Below are positions 41,703 through 54,016 of a stretch of 64,000 nucleotides of DNA, one piece after another. Every line of letters begins with the position of its first letter. Position 1 is the first letter of the stretch. Below the pieces are notes generated by a model. That model worked only from the letters and a program-made list of their open reading frames with translations, was not told the DNA's origin and did not search any database. Origin of the DNA: Eledone cirrhosa (lineage: Eukaryota). Where the stretch lies: positions 48,856,001-48,920,000 of the forward strand of contig OZ024748.1 of assembly GCA_964016885.1 (NCBI GenBank), in the 5' to 3' direction. The translations under genes were made by a program, and so were the position numbers.

Positions 41703-43020
41703 AGGAGAGAACCCGAACTGAATACCTCAGTAGAGTAAAGAAAATATGGTCATCAGAACTGTCAGCGTACACCAAATACATATATACAATACTTATGCTG
41801 TGCCAATTCTAACGCCAACATTTGGCCTGCTGAACTGGTCATTGCAAGAACTAAGTGAGATGGATGTTAGAACTCGTAAACTTCTCAGTGTTACTGGGAA
41901 CTTTAACATCACTGGTGATGTGGATAGGCTATACTTCTCACGCAAGGAAGGTGGCCGTGGTCTAAAATCCATACTAACAACATATGAGACCCGGATAGTA
42001 ACACTGAAGCAACATCTTCAACAGAGGAAAAAGGTTGGCAACCATCTTGCCTAGATTTATGAGTATGAAAAAAAAAATATCATTAGAATAGCGACTGATC
42101 TGGAGGAGAGATATGGAATAAAGCCTGATATAAATCTCTCACCCCGAGAAATCGGAAGATCCTATTCAATGTTCAAACAAGATTAAAAAATTGACCAATT
42201 TACAGAAAGAGTTGTGCATGGATGCTTGAGACATAAAACACAGACCATAGAGGGGATAAACCACTCAAAAAGCCTGGCATGGAGTTCCGACAAGTTTATG
42301 ACATCACACCTTGAGGGATATCTCTATGCAATACAGGAACAAGAACTCCCTACCAAATATCTGCTGCACAAAAGGGGAGGGCCAGCAGCTGACAATAAAT
42401 GTAGGCTATGTAAAACAAAGATCAAGGATGTAAGCCACATTGTTGCCAGCTGCGAAAGAATGTCATCTCGCTACTACCTCTCCATGAGACACGATGCGAT
42501 AGCTAGAACCATCTGGAACGCACTTCGGAAAACAAAATTAACAACAAACGAGGAAGAATATATTGAGACAGATGGTACTAAGGAATACTGGTGGAACCTG
42601 AAAATAAAAACTGCCACCAAATTAAAGCCTGATATTGTTGTTTGGGACCACACATTGAAAACGTGTTCTGTTGTGGAGATCAGCTGCCCACTTGATGTAA
42701 ACATTGTCAGAAAAATACAGGAGAAGGACATATACGGACCATTTACAAATCCAGTATCCAAGATACACCTTTAGCTTCATACCCATCATTATTGGAGCTA
42801 CGGGTTATATACCAACCCGCTTGGACCAAAGAATGACTGAACTTGGATTTGCGGACAATAAGCGCAGCTCCCTAATTCATAGTCTACAAATGGCTGCGAT
42901 AGCTGGCACCTTCAAAATTTGCAAAACATTCTTGCGATTCAAGGGATGACAATTTCTTTTCTTTTACAACCTTGCCACCAGGAAGGTGGCCGGTCAAAAA
43001 AATATACTCGAAATTAAGAG
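41703..43020 (+). mobile_element. 5'-truncated, frameshifted R4/Dong-clade LINE (RT thumb, CCHC knuckle, restriction-like endonuclease)
   Basis: NTYAVPIL, VDRLY..RKEGGRGL, MHG, AIQEQ, CRLC..H...C, RHD, KPDIV..D....VEISCP, IPIIIGATG; stops and frameshifts present. Confidence 0.85.
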
Positions 43021-43296
43021 AAAGAGATAATACTTACATACACACATACACACATACATATATACACACATACATATATATATATACACACACACATACA
43101 CACACACATACATACATACATACACACATACGCATACATACATACATATATACACACATACACACATACACACATACACACATACATACATACACACATA
43201 CATACATACATACATACATACATACACACACATACATACACACACATGCATACACACATACACACATGCATACACACATACACACATGCATACACA

Positions 43297-43880
43297 CATG
43301 GTGGCTGCCAACTTGTTTTCGAGTACGGCCACTACTTTATACCGATGTGCTGAACGAGTGTGACTTTTTAGTCCAGCCAGCGACTTGAAAACTCTGGTAC
43401 AAACACTACACTTGTGACAATTATTGACACATAGTGCTGGGCCCATGGTACCATGTGATGACAAGTGCAGAGAGATCTCCAGATATAAAGCAATGCCTGT
43501 GCCGTGAAGCTTTTATAGTGAGCAAAGGCACTGCACAAAGCCAGTCCCACTCTCTTAACCAAGATGATATTTACCAAAAAGAACAAGTCAACATCATTGG
43601 ATACCATCAGGGTTGCAGGTGTTATATCAGAGTTTTCCTTCTAGAATTCTGCCTTGTCAAAGGCTAAGGGGTCATCTCTCCTGGTGATTTTGGATGGCCA
43701 TTGACTCTTAAGAGCTCCTTTGCCCTTTGACAGGTTTTGTTTTTAGTCCTGCAGGATGTCCAAAGTCACCCTCCTCACCAAGAAACCTTGGTGGAATTGC
43801 CAGTTTAGTCGCCAACGACCCGACCATGGGACAGGTTGTACTGGGATACATGTTACCAGTAGCACCAACTGGTGACCTGA
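43297..43880 (-). mobile_element. Internally deleted (bipartite) RTE-like non-autonomous element
   Basis: Structured RTE-5'UTR-like region (AGAAGGAAAACTCTGA) joined to a C2H2 finger CSVCTRVFKSLAGLKSHTRSAH and a microsatellite tail. Confidence 0.55.
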
Positions 43881-44253
43881 CACAGATACACACATATACA
43901 CATACATACATACACACATACATACATACACACATAAATACATACATATATACACATATATATATATGTGAGTGTGTGTGTGTGGGGGGGGGGGTATATA
44001 TATGCGACACATATATACACACACATATATGTATATACATATATTCATAAAATTGCATACTTTAAAAGGTATACTTTAAATCTTATATATATATACATAC
44101 ATATACACCATATACACACACATGCATACATATGTATGTATATGTATATATATATATATGTGTGTGTGTGTATGTATATATATGTGTCTCTGTATGTGTG
44201 TGTATATGTATATATATATATATGTGTGTGTGTATGTGTGTATATATGTGTAT

Positions 44254-44525
44254 ATCATCATCATCATCATCATCACCGTTTTACGTCCGTTCTTCCACGC
44301 TAGCATGGGTTAGACGGGTTGTCCTGTTGTGGGCAGTGTCTGGTCGGCTGACCATGCCTTGCTCATACAGGAACTGATTTGGCTTGATTTCTACAGCTGG
44401 ATGCCCTTCCTAACACCAACCTCATTTACAGTGAGTGCTGGGTGCTTTTTCGTGGCGCCTACACGTCCACTTTACAGTGTGGGCTGGGTGCTTTTTTGCC
44501 GTGGCACCTCCACGACCACCTTGCG
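44254..44525 (-). mobile_element. SINE family A-related 3' half with duplicated ~47-bp unit
   Basis: GGATGCCCTTCCTAACACCAACCTCATTTACAGTGAGTGCTGGGTGC and (ATC)n tail. Confidence 0.8.
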
Positions 44526-44669
44526 GTGGGGGGGGGGGGGGGGCATATTGTTTATATGCTTCAGCATGTACCCATGGGAGGTCGGGTACCCTGTATTACT
44601 GCGTGACGCCAGAAGTCACGGTCGTGTGTCATTGACTTTGTATATATATATATGTGTGCGTGTGTGTGT

Positions 44670-44715
<46 letters not shown>

Positions 44716-44974
44716 ATATGTACGTACACACACACACGTGTGTGTTTTTGTGTGTGTGTGTATGAATTTAAATGTATGTGTAAGATTTTAGAAATCTATG
44801 GCTTGTTGGTGTTGAGATTTTCCTTCCACAACTTTCCTATCTCTGACTTTGAAAAAGAGAAGAAAACCTCAACAAAGAGTAAGAGATAGCATAAGTTAAA
44901 ATAAACATTATAACTCTTTTATATGCTGCTACTGTTGTATCTAGATATATATCAGATGAAAGAATGGTATTTAA

Positions 44975-45200
44975 CTAATGTATTGGTACGCGATGGGACC
45001 CACTCACAGCCCCAGCGGACAGAATGGAGAAGGCGTTTCCCTGGAGGACGGCAAGGGAGACGCGCTGGAAAAGCCACTCCAACTCGCGGGGCTCACACCT
45101 GCGGCTGGCCAGCTCAGCGCCTATGGTGGTGAGTAAGGAGGTAGCCCTGGGGCCGAGGACACCAGAAGTCTCCACTGCCAGGGGAACGACCGCAAACCTG
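44975..45200 (-). mobile_element. CRE-clade LINE 3' fragment (end of RLE domain)
   Basis: VVPLAVETSGVLG...PRE..WLFQRVSLAVLQGNA.SIL matches the CRE P.A.ET.G / QR.S.A.QRGNA motifs. Confidence 0.75.
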
Positions 45201-45574
45201 GTCAGACATAGAAACTTTACTTTCCTATTTAGTAGACAAAGTTTTACAGTTTATGGTTTAAACTTTAAAATTAGATTTAACATTACATTTCCAGTTTTGT
45301 TGCTATTTTTGGCTATTAAAAGGCAAGGGCATTCGGTAATAAATCAAACAAGATAGGCGCACCTAGTTATCAATTACTCACAAGATTTATCAAGAAACTA
45401 TTTATTTGATAAATGCTGCAATGAATTATTGGTCTTAGAAAATTATATTCTCTTATTGTGTTACTAACAATCCATATTTTCTATATACAGACTTATTTTT
45501 TATTATATCGCAGCTAAATAGAAGAATTTCTCAACTACAATGGTGAAACAAACCAAAACAATACTATTAATAAT

Positions 45575-46024
45575 AACGGTTTCTACTTTAGGCACAAGGC
45601 CAGCAACTTTTGGAGAAGTTAAATTAAGTCAACTCCAGTGCATTACTGGTACTTTATTTTATTGACTCTAGAGATGAAAGGCATAGCTAACCCTCATGCG
45701 ATTTGAACTCGGAACATAAAGGCACGTAACTCTATTTTGCAACGCATGGTGTCCAATGCTCTACTGATTCTGCAAATGCACCTCTCTGACAACAACAACA
45801 ACAACAGCAACAACAACAACAACAACAACAACAATAATAATTGTTTCTACTTTTGGCACAAGGCCAGCAATTACCCCAGTGCATTACTGGTACTTTATTT
45901 TATCGACCCCGTAAGGATGAAAGGCAAAGTTAACCTCGGCGAGAATTGAACTCAGAATGGCAAGGGCCGTAACTCTATGCATCAAAGCATGGCGTCCGAC
46001 CCTCTACCGATACTGCCAATCCAC
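45575..46024 (-). mobile_element. Two tandem SINE family B copies (45575-45790, 45836-46024)
   Basis: Both are reverse complements of 11731-11916, separated by (AAC/AAT)n. Confidence 0.85.
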
Positions 46025-46497
46025 AACAATAATAATAATGATAATTTCTCTCTTTTCATGTTCTTCACGCACACACACGCACACACACACTCTCTTTCTC
46101 TCTCTCACTCATACACATACATGTAATAGAAGTGAAATAGTAGACTGGATGATATAATATTAGTCCCCTGGCCCCTATATCCCAAGTGTATTCTCCATTC
46201 TATGACCCACGTACCTGTTAGCTCCTCCTTTGGTCAATTCTACCAACCACAATGGTCTCTGATCCTCAGAGTTTATACAAACTTTGTTTAGGCACACCTG
46301 AGTGTCTCGTCTCTTGTCCTCGCATCGACCATGTCATGTCCAACCCTCTAATTTAACCACTACACTCTGACCATCCATGTTCAGCTTGTGCAGAAAGGAA
46401 TTTAAGTTATTTGGAGGGCTAAATGGTCATATCTGCGCCACCCATGTATGAGAAAAATGTCAAGGGAGGGTAATTCTTGAATCTGAGAATCAGCCAT

Positions 46498-46534
<37 letters not shown>

Positions 46535-46591
46535 GCGTGCGTGCATATCATCATCATCATGGTCGTTTTAACGCCCGATGTCCCCGCTAAC

Positions 46592-46622
<31 letters not shown>

Positions 46623-46626
<4 letters not shown>

Positions 46627-49600
46627 TCATCATCATCATCAACGTTTAACGTCCGTGTTCCACGCTTGCATGGGTTTGGACGGGGGTAGTCCCACTTGAG
46701 GCAAGAGTGATTGTCTTGCTCGCATAGGACTGTCTGGCAGGTTTTCTACAGTTGGATGCCCTTCCTAACACCAACCACATTTACAGTGTGGGTCTGGGAG
46801 GTTTTTACCGTGTTGCCTACACGGCCACATTACAGCGTGGACTGTGTGTTTTTTTGTCGTGACACCTACACGATCTCATTTGTTTCGGCCTGGATGGCGC
46901 GGCACCAACATAACTTTACATAGAACGGGGTGGTGTGGATGGGGTGGGGGTGGTGGCGGGACGGGGTGTAGTTTGTTAGAGATGCCTACTGGCAAGGCGG
47001 GTCTTCTCTGTTACTGAGTACCGCCAAAGGTCACGGTCCAGTGACATTGTCTTGGAGAGGTGTAAGTGTGTGAGGTCGGAGTTTATCAGCTCATCCCATG
47101 TTTTTCTAGGTCTGCCTATTCCGTGGCTACCGTCTATCTTTATTGCCCTGCACTTTGTAATACAGCTATCGACTTTCATGCGCATCACGTGTCCATACCA
47201 ACGCAGCCTTCTCTTGAGTAAACAACATCTGATCCCTCTTATCTCTAATTTTTTCCTTAGTTCGTTTATGCTTTGCCGTTCACGTATATTACTGTTACAC
47301 ATCCAGCGGAGCATGCAAGCTTCGTTCCTCTCTAGTCTGCGTATATCCTCTGCACACAATGCCCAGGTCTCACTACCATGCAACATTGCTGTTCGTATGC
47401 AGGCATCGTACAACCTGCCTTTCATTTTTAGGGAGAACCCTTTAGCAGCTAATAGTGGTATAAGCTCTCTGAACTTTTTCCAACCAGTTCTGACTCTAGC
47501 TACAGTACTTTCAGAGCACCCTCCCCCACTGCTGATTTTATCGCCCAGGTAACGGAAGCTGTCCACTATTTCTATAGAACCCTCTGCGCAATTGAAAGAG
47601 CTAGTATTTTGTGGGCACTTGCTGCTACTTATTGCACCAGAACACCGGCCACATGTAAAGTCTATGTTCTTAGTTAGCTTACCTGTGATCCCACTACATC
47701 TTTTATGCACCCATACTTTGCATTTAGGACATAAGATGGAGTTTCTACCTACGCCTTTCCTACATACCGAGCACGACCATTTCCCAGAAGGGACCGCCAC
47801 CTTGTTTTCTTTCCTACAAACTAGAACTTTGGTCTTAGCCAGGTTAATTTTAAGTCCTTTTGACTCTAGGCCGTGCTTCCATGTTTGGAATTTCTTCTCT
47901 AGCTCGGCCATTGATTCCGCTATGAGTGTCAGGTCGTCTGCGTATAGGAGTTCCCATGGGCAGCCTGTCTTGAACTCCTCTGTTATAGCCTGAAGGGCAA
48001 TAATAAATAGTAGGGGGCTGAGAACAGAGCCCTGATGGACGCCAACTTTTACGCTAAACTCTTCACTATATTCGTTGTTAATTCTAACCTTGCTGACTGT
48101 TTCTTTATACATGGCTTGTATAGCCCTCACAAGCCATTCGTCAACGCCTAGTTTTCTAAGAGCCCACCAGATAATGGAGCGGGGGACTCTGTCGAAGGCT
48201 TTCTCCAGGTCGACAAAAGCTAAGTAGAGGGGTTTACCTTTAGCTAGGTACTTCTCCTGTAGTTGTCGTACTATGAAAAGAGCGTCTGTGGTGCTTTTGC
48301 CTGACACAAACCCGAACTGCATTTCATCTAGATCAATTCTCTCTCTGATTAGTTGCGCTATTACTTTTTCCGTGACCTTCATGACCTGGTCGATTAATTT
48401 AATGCCTCTATAGTTACTCCTATCTAGGGCGTCTCCTTTACCCTTATAACAGTTAACGATGATGCTGCTATGCCAGTCCTTCGGAACAACCCCATTCTGT
48501 ACGACTTGGTTAACTATGCGGGTGACCATGGTGTGTCCCACCGTGCCAGATGCCTTCAGCATCTCAGCAACTATTTCCGAAGGCCCAGCCGCCTTACCAG
48601 TCTTCATATCCTTGATTGCCTTACTTATTATACTCCCCTCGACTAACACTGCTGGTCCCTCTATCGGGTCGATATGGGGGAGACTGTCTTTCTCCCATTT
48701 ATTCTCCTCATTTAGTAGCCTTTCATAGTGACACTTCCAAGCTACCTTCTTATCAGTGTCGGTGATGGCAAGTATGCCATCATCGTTAAGTACACACTTC
48801 TCCCCGACAATATCACGGTTTTCCTTGACGCATTGCCTGGCAATCCTGAACACCTCACGTTTTTGGTCATCGCGTTGTAGAACATGCTTGAACTTTCTTT
48901 CCTCAGCTTCCCTTCTTGCTAAGTACACTTCTCTCCTAGCTTCCCTCCTGGCCACTTGATAGTCTACTCTACTTCCCCCATCCCGCCATACTTTCCAAGC
49001 CTGCTTTTTGGCCTTAATTGACCCCTCCACCCTATTGTTCCACCACCATGTTACTCTCCTCCTGCCTACAGGCCTGCTCCAGCCACAGACTTCGTCTGTC
49101 GCCAACAGCAGGTTTGCTTTCAGAAATTTCCACTGTCCCTCTATATTGTCCGATTCTAGATGCTCTTCCTTACTGTCGAAAGCATCAAGTAATATGCTTT
49201 GAAATTTATTTCTGGCTGTGGGGTCCTTTAGTTTCCATATTTTCCTCCTGAGGATAGTCCTCTTCTGCTGTCGGGTACGTCTCGTCCTGACTATGAGGTC
49301 GCTAATTATCAGTCTATGTTGGGAGGTGCATTCTTCATGGGGGAGGGATTTAGTGTTTACAACAGACACTCTGTCACGTCTTCTGGTAAGGATATAATCT
49401 ACCTGGCTTGTGTGTTCCCCGGATCTATAGGTAATCAGGTGATTGTCACGTTTTTTGAAGTTAGTGTTACAGATAGTTAGGTTATTTGCATCACAGTATT
49501 CCAGGATTCTGGAGCCTTCCTCATTTCTAGTACCAAACCCATAGCCTCCATGGATTTCGTCGTAGCCGTCACAATGTTGTCCAACATGACCATTTAGGTC

Positions 49601-50230
49601 GCCTGCAATAATTATATAGTCACTGTCAGATATTTGGGAGGTAGTTAGCAACAGTGTCTCATAGAATCTGTCTTTTATAGTGCCGGGCAGTCCGGATTGG
49701 GGTGCGTACGCAGATATTACTGTCACCGTAGTTCTATTGAGGACAAGTCTTATTTTAATTATTCTGTCGTTCACTCTATTTACGTCTATTATCTTATCTG
49801 CCCACTTTTCTGCTACCATGATTCCTACTCCACCCAGCCCATCGTCGTTTCCCACCCAGAAAAGCTTATAACATCGTTTTTTACCCTCAATGAATCTAGC
49901 AGACCCACCCCTCCACCTGGTCTCTTGAATACAACAAACATCGACCTCCTTACGTTCAAGCATTTCTACAACCTCGTTAGCGCGACCCTTTAGGGTGCCT
50001 ACATTTATGGTACCAACTCTGAAGTTTTGGGTTGCGTTTGGAGGGTGGGGGTGGTGGGGGGCGGGAGGAGATAGGGTTATGTTAGCCATCCGCGGACGAA
50101 ACAAAGAGGAGTGCTCGCATTCTCGTCCACGAGGTGAATTTGACTTTAACTTTGGCATTTTCGCTCTGGGCGTCCAGATTTTTCTCTCCCTTCCACTCTC
50201 CAGGATTCCGCAGTCCGTCCGTCCATCCAT
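46623..50230 (-). mobile_element. Near full-length RTE-clade LINE with intact ORF, ~350-bp 3' UTR and (GAT)n tail
   Basis: Single long ORF; 3' end GGACGTTAAACGTT(GAT)n; exact 5' end and TSD not determined. Confidence 0.93.
46976..50230 (-). CDS. RTE polyprotein: APE endonuclease + reverse transcriptase with inserted PHD finger (true start codon uncertain)
   Basis: APE motifs GTINVGTL, IQETRW, AGDLNGH, DYIL, SQHRL; RT motifs NYRGIKL, QFGF, FVDLEKAFD, GVHQGSVLSPLLF, YADD, YLG; RTE C-terminal motifs HGSETW, RRLRWYGHVMRM, GRPRKTW; 1084 codons without stops. Confidence 0.96.
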   Translation of the reverse strand: MDGRTDCGILESGRERKIWTPRAKMPKLKSNSPRGRECEHSSLFRPRMANITLSPPAPHHPHPPNATQNFRVGTINVGTLKGRANEVVEMLERKEVDVCCIQETRWRGGSARFIEGKKRCYKLFWVGNDDGLGGVGIMVAEKWADKIIDVNRVNDRIIKIRLVLNRTTVTVISAYAPQSGLPGTIKDRFYETLLLTTSQISDSDYIIIAGDLNGHVGQHCDGYDEIHGGYGFGTRNEEGSRILEYCDANNLTICNTNFKKRDNHLITYRSGEHTSQVDYILTRRRDRVSVVNTKSLPHEECTSQHRLIISDLIVRTRRTRQQKRTILRRKIWKLKDPTARNKFQSILLDAFDSKEEHLESDNIEGQWKFLKANLLLATDEVCGWSRPVGRRRVTWWWNNRVEGSIKAKKQAWKVWRDGGSRVDYQVARREARREVYLARREAEERKFKHVLQRDDQKREVFRIARQCVKENRDIVGEKCVLNDDGILAITDTDKKVAWKCHYERLLNEENKWEKDSLPHIDPIEGPAVLVEGSIISKAIKDMKTGKAAGPSEIVAEMLKASGTVGHTMVTRIVNQVVQNGVVPKDWHSSIIVNCYKGKGDALDRSNYRGIKLIDQVMKVTEKVIAQLIRERIDLDEMQFGFVSGKSTTDALFIVRQLQEKYLAKGKPLYLAFVDLEKAFDRVPRSIIWWALRKLGVDEWLVRAIQAMYKETVSKVRINNEYSEEFSVKVGVHQGSVLSPLLFIIALQAITEEFKTGCPWELLYADDLTLIAESMAELEKKFQTWKHGLESKGLKINLAKTKVLVCRKENKVAVPSGKWSCSVCRKGVGRNSILCPKCKVWVHKRCSGITGKLTKNIDFTCGRCSGAISSSKCPQNTSSFNCAEGSIEIVDSFRYLGDKISSGGGCSESTVARVRTGWKKFRELIPLLAAKGFSLKMKGRLYDACIRTAMLHGSETWALCAEDIRRLERNEACMLRWMCNSNIRERQSINELRKKLEIRGIRCCLLKRRLRWYGHVMRMKVDSCITKCRAIKIDGSHGIGRPRKTWDELINSDLTHLHLSKTMSLDRDLWRYSVTEKTRLASRHL

Positions 50231-50281
50231 CCATCATATATCGAAGGCAACCGGGCAAGCGATAGTATAGGCCTCTGGCTT

Positions 50282-50343
<62 letters not shown>

Positions 50344-50354
50344 GTGTGTATATA

Positions 50355-50430
50355 TACAAGGTGGTATCAAAAAGTTCCCAGACTAGTTATCTTTTTAAAA
50401 AAAACTAATATATTTACCTAAGTTTTTGAA
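50355..50430 (+). mobile_element. Single mariner-like TIR remnant
   Basis: TACAAGGTGGTATCAAAAAGTTCCCAGACT. Confidence 0.45.
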
Positions 50431-50431
50431 C

Positions 50432-50665
50432 GCAGAGAGTAAAGGGCCGCAACTCTATGCCGCAAGGCAGTTTGTATGACACTCTACCGATTACTACCAA
50501 TCAACATTTGACACATGGTCATCAATTTGAAGGAGAGGGAAAAGTCGATTAAGTTGACCCCCCCCTCCCCCCCCCAGTGCATTACTGGTACTTTATTTTA
50601 TAGTTATCAACCCTGTAAGGATGGAAGGCAAAGATAACCTCGAAGGGATTTGTCCTCAGAACATA
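50432..50665 (-). mobile_element. Rearranged SINE family B fragments
   Basis: 5' and 3' halves are present in swapped order. Confidence 0.6.
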
Positions 50666-50782
50666 AATAATAAGAAGAAGACAAGACATATTTCGAAAAT
50701 TGTAGGAATTAAGTTTTATTAATTCACGAAAACTTAGAAATATTTTTCAATTCAAGAAATTGACAAACAAAAAAAAGAAAAC

Positions 50783-50860
<78 letters not shown>

Positions 50861-50874
50861 ACACACACACACAT

Positions 50875-50943
<69 letters not shown>

Positions 50944-51127
50944 AATATATACATATATATAATATATATATACACATACATACATACACACGCACATATA
51001 TATATTTGTGTATATGTGTATATGTGTGTGTGTGTGTGTAAAGAAATTATAAAACTGTCTTTTATTCATAAAAATAAGTAATTTTTGGACTTCAAAGCGA
51101 ATAGTTTCCATTTGAAGTGGTTAGATC

Positions 51128-51177
<50 letters not shown>

Positions 51178-51537
51178 CATCATCATTATCATTATAGTTA
51201 TTACTATTTTTTTTATTATTATTATTTCCAAGCCATCAACACTAAACATGTAGGAAATTCTGAAAAGAATTCATTTGATGATGATTGTTTATGTGGTGTT
51301 GGATTGGTGAGAGGGGTGTAATGTGGGTGGTGGTGGGGGTCACAACTAGAATCACTGCAGGAATAAACAACTAAAAAGTTGGTGAAGAACCCTGGTAAAA
51401 TCTAAGAGAGTTATCTGGATATTGCTTGGTTAACAAAGGACTTTTCTAATATTTCGTTGCATTTGTTTTTATAGACCTCATGAAGACGGTTTTTTTTCTT
51501 TCTGTCTTCTCCATGATTCAGAATGGCTTAAATACTT

Positions 51538-51630
<93 letters not shown>

Positions 51631-52821
51631 ATTTAGTAGTATGTCTCTATATATGTGTATGTTAGTATTTATAGTTTTCTGATATGTGTATGTGTCATAT
51701 ATATATATATCATTGTCATCATCATCACCATTTTATGTCCATTCTTCCACGCTAGCATGCATGTATCTGTATATTTGGGACTGCAAACACAAAGATTCAC
51801 TGTTCAATACCAAAGAAGATATTATCATCATCATCATCATCATCATCATCAATGTAATCTTCATCATTGTTTAACGTCAGTATTCAACTGGGTCCTCAAA
51901 CCAGTTGGGCCATGGGCCTGATACTGCCAAGTGCATTTTATCACTAGGTAGGTTGTCATGTTTATGACATAGCTGAAGAGCCTTCCCCAGGATTTCTACA
52001 GCTAGATGCCCTTCCTATCACCAAACAGTTTACAAAGTATTACAAGATGTGTTTATTGTGTAGATCAGCAACACTAGGGAAGGTTATCGTTTCTATGGCA
52101 TAGCTGAAGTGTCTTCTTCACCTTTTGCTTGCCAGGTGATCTACACAATAACCACACCCACTACACTATTGTAAAGTGGTTGGTGATAGGAAGAGTACCC
52201 AGCTATAGCAAAGCTGCCAAAATGGAAGTGAAGTAGACTCTTCAGCTATGCCATAGATATGACAACCTCTCTAGTGTTGCTGATCTACATGATAAAATCA
52301 CTCAGTACACAATGTAGAAGTATATCTGTTACATAAATGGTAGTTTCTGTCTGTCTGTGTATCTGTGTATAACCAGTTGGCGCCCACACCACTGATCTGA
52401 TCCTGATGAAACTTTACACACATGTTAAGCTAATATTCGGAAACAGGACTGGCTAATTGGATTTCAATAAAAATCAGTAATAGAACCCCTGGGGTCATCT
52501 TTACAATGGAGGAGGAAAGAGACGTTTCAGTGAGAGAGGGGGAAGAGGAGATACTACTACTATATGTTAAACCCTCCCTCCCTCCCTCCCACTACTCCCC
52601 TTCCTCCTCCAACAACTCCGTCCTCCAAAACGAGGCAACAACTTATTAGAAATATACATAAGGAAATTTCAAACAAAGCAGACGACAATCTAATTTTGGT
52701 TGACAACTGAACAGATGTCTTTGTATATATGTATATATATATATATATTCAACCTTTTCAAATACAAGTCGATGTTGTTACGGTATGTCGAATCTATTTA
52801 TCTATAAAACTGTTTATATTG

Positions 52822-52887
52822 TATTTTGTCTGAGGAAGGCATAGCATATTGTTAATATGTTATCCCTGAAATATATATAATGAAATA
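52822..52887 (+). ncRNA. Type I hammerhead-ribozyme-like motif
   Basis: CTGAGGA (52830), long stem II AGGCATAGCATATT/AATATGTTATCCCT, GAAA-TATA-TA; stem I poor. Confidence 0.5.
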
Positions 52888-52924
52888 GATATGGTTTTAT
52901 AAATATAGTTTCCATTTATTTAAT

Positions 52925-52964
<40 letters not shown>

Positions 52965-53800
52965 ATCCACTGATATGGATTCTGAACACGTGCACATGTT
53001 TAGGTCACATTAAGGTCAACTGCAGGAATCGGTGATAAGTTACAAAAAAGTGTGATGTTCAATGACCTGGAAGTTGGCTTACCATGAGATTAGTCCAAAG
53101 AATAAAACCCAAATCGTATGTTGACGAATATTCGTACTCCTGGCATGTTAATTGTAACATGCCGTCTTTGAGAGTAGAGTTTATTTTGTCAATATTTCAA
53201 GGTGTCGGATCGTAGGAAGATTAACACGAATTAAGATGGTGTAACTTCTCCCCCATTATTGATACTTTGCAACAGTGAATGTTACAAGGCCCTCTTTAGG
53301 GCCAACACTTCTGATTATTTATCCGACTTATTATGGTGTGTTTTCTATAGTTGGAAAACGGGATGGTTTTATTGAATTGCTTCAGTCATTCGGAGGGCTT
53401 TATAAACGGTGATATACAGGGTGCTTGAACAGTTCCTGAATATCTTCACTTGCTTATAATTGCTTCAATAATTGTGATGACTTCTTCAATTGTTCTGTGA
53501 TTGTTCTTGAGTACTAAGGCAGTAAGTTTGTTATTCTTATACATAAGTTTGTTGAATAAGTTCGATACTCTTCGAGCTCAAACTTCTCCAGCTTATTCAC
53601 TCTGAATGAAGAAAGCTGGATGGAAGGACTTATGACTTAAACAGCTATTGATAGTTCCACACAAACACCATAAACACACCTAGCAAAGGTTGCTATTGAA
53701 AATCCGGGTATGGGCACCCAGGGTCGCTAGCATTTTCAGGCGTACTCTGGGAACTGTGAATAACCCTTCCTTTCCTGGATATTACCAGGTACTGCAGCTA

Positions 53801-53854
<54 letters not shown>

Positions 53855-53962
53855 TGATTCAGTTGATTTATGGTTTGCTGATGAAGGTACCCCAATATTA
53901 GCACTCAGTACTGTAGCAGAGTGTATATATTAAGAGCTAAATGTGAAACCTCGTTTGTTCTT

Positions 53963-54016
<54 letters not shown>

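Noticed and set aside
52340-52500. Helitron-like pieces (also near 9630-9780, 20250-20290, 50255 and 53780)
   Set aside because: Only short CTAG-end or TCTG-repeat hints; boundaries cannot be defined
53876-53925. CTGATGA hammerhead-like start (weak candidates also near 850-877 and 25400-25434 on the minus strand)
   Set aside because: GAAA box missing or stem II does not pair convincingly
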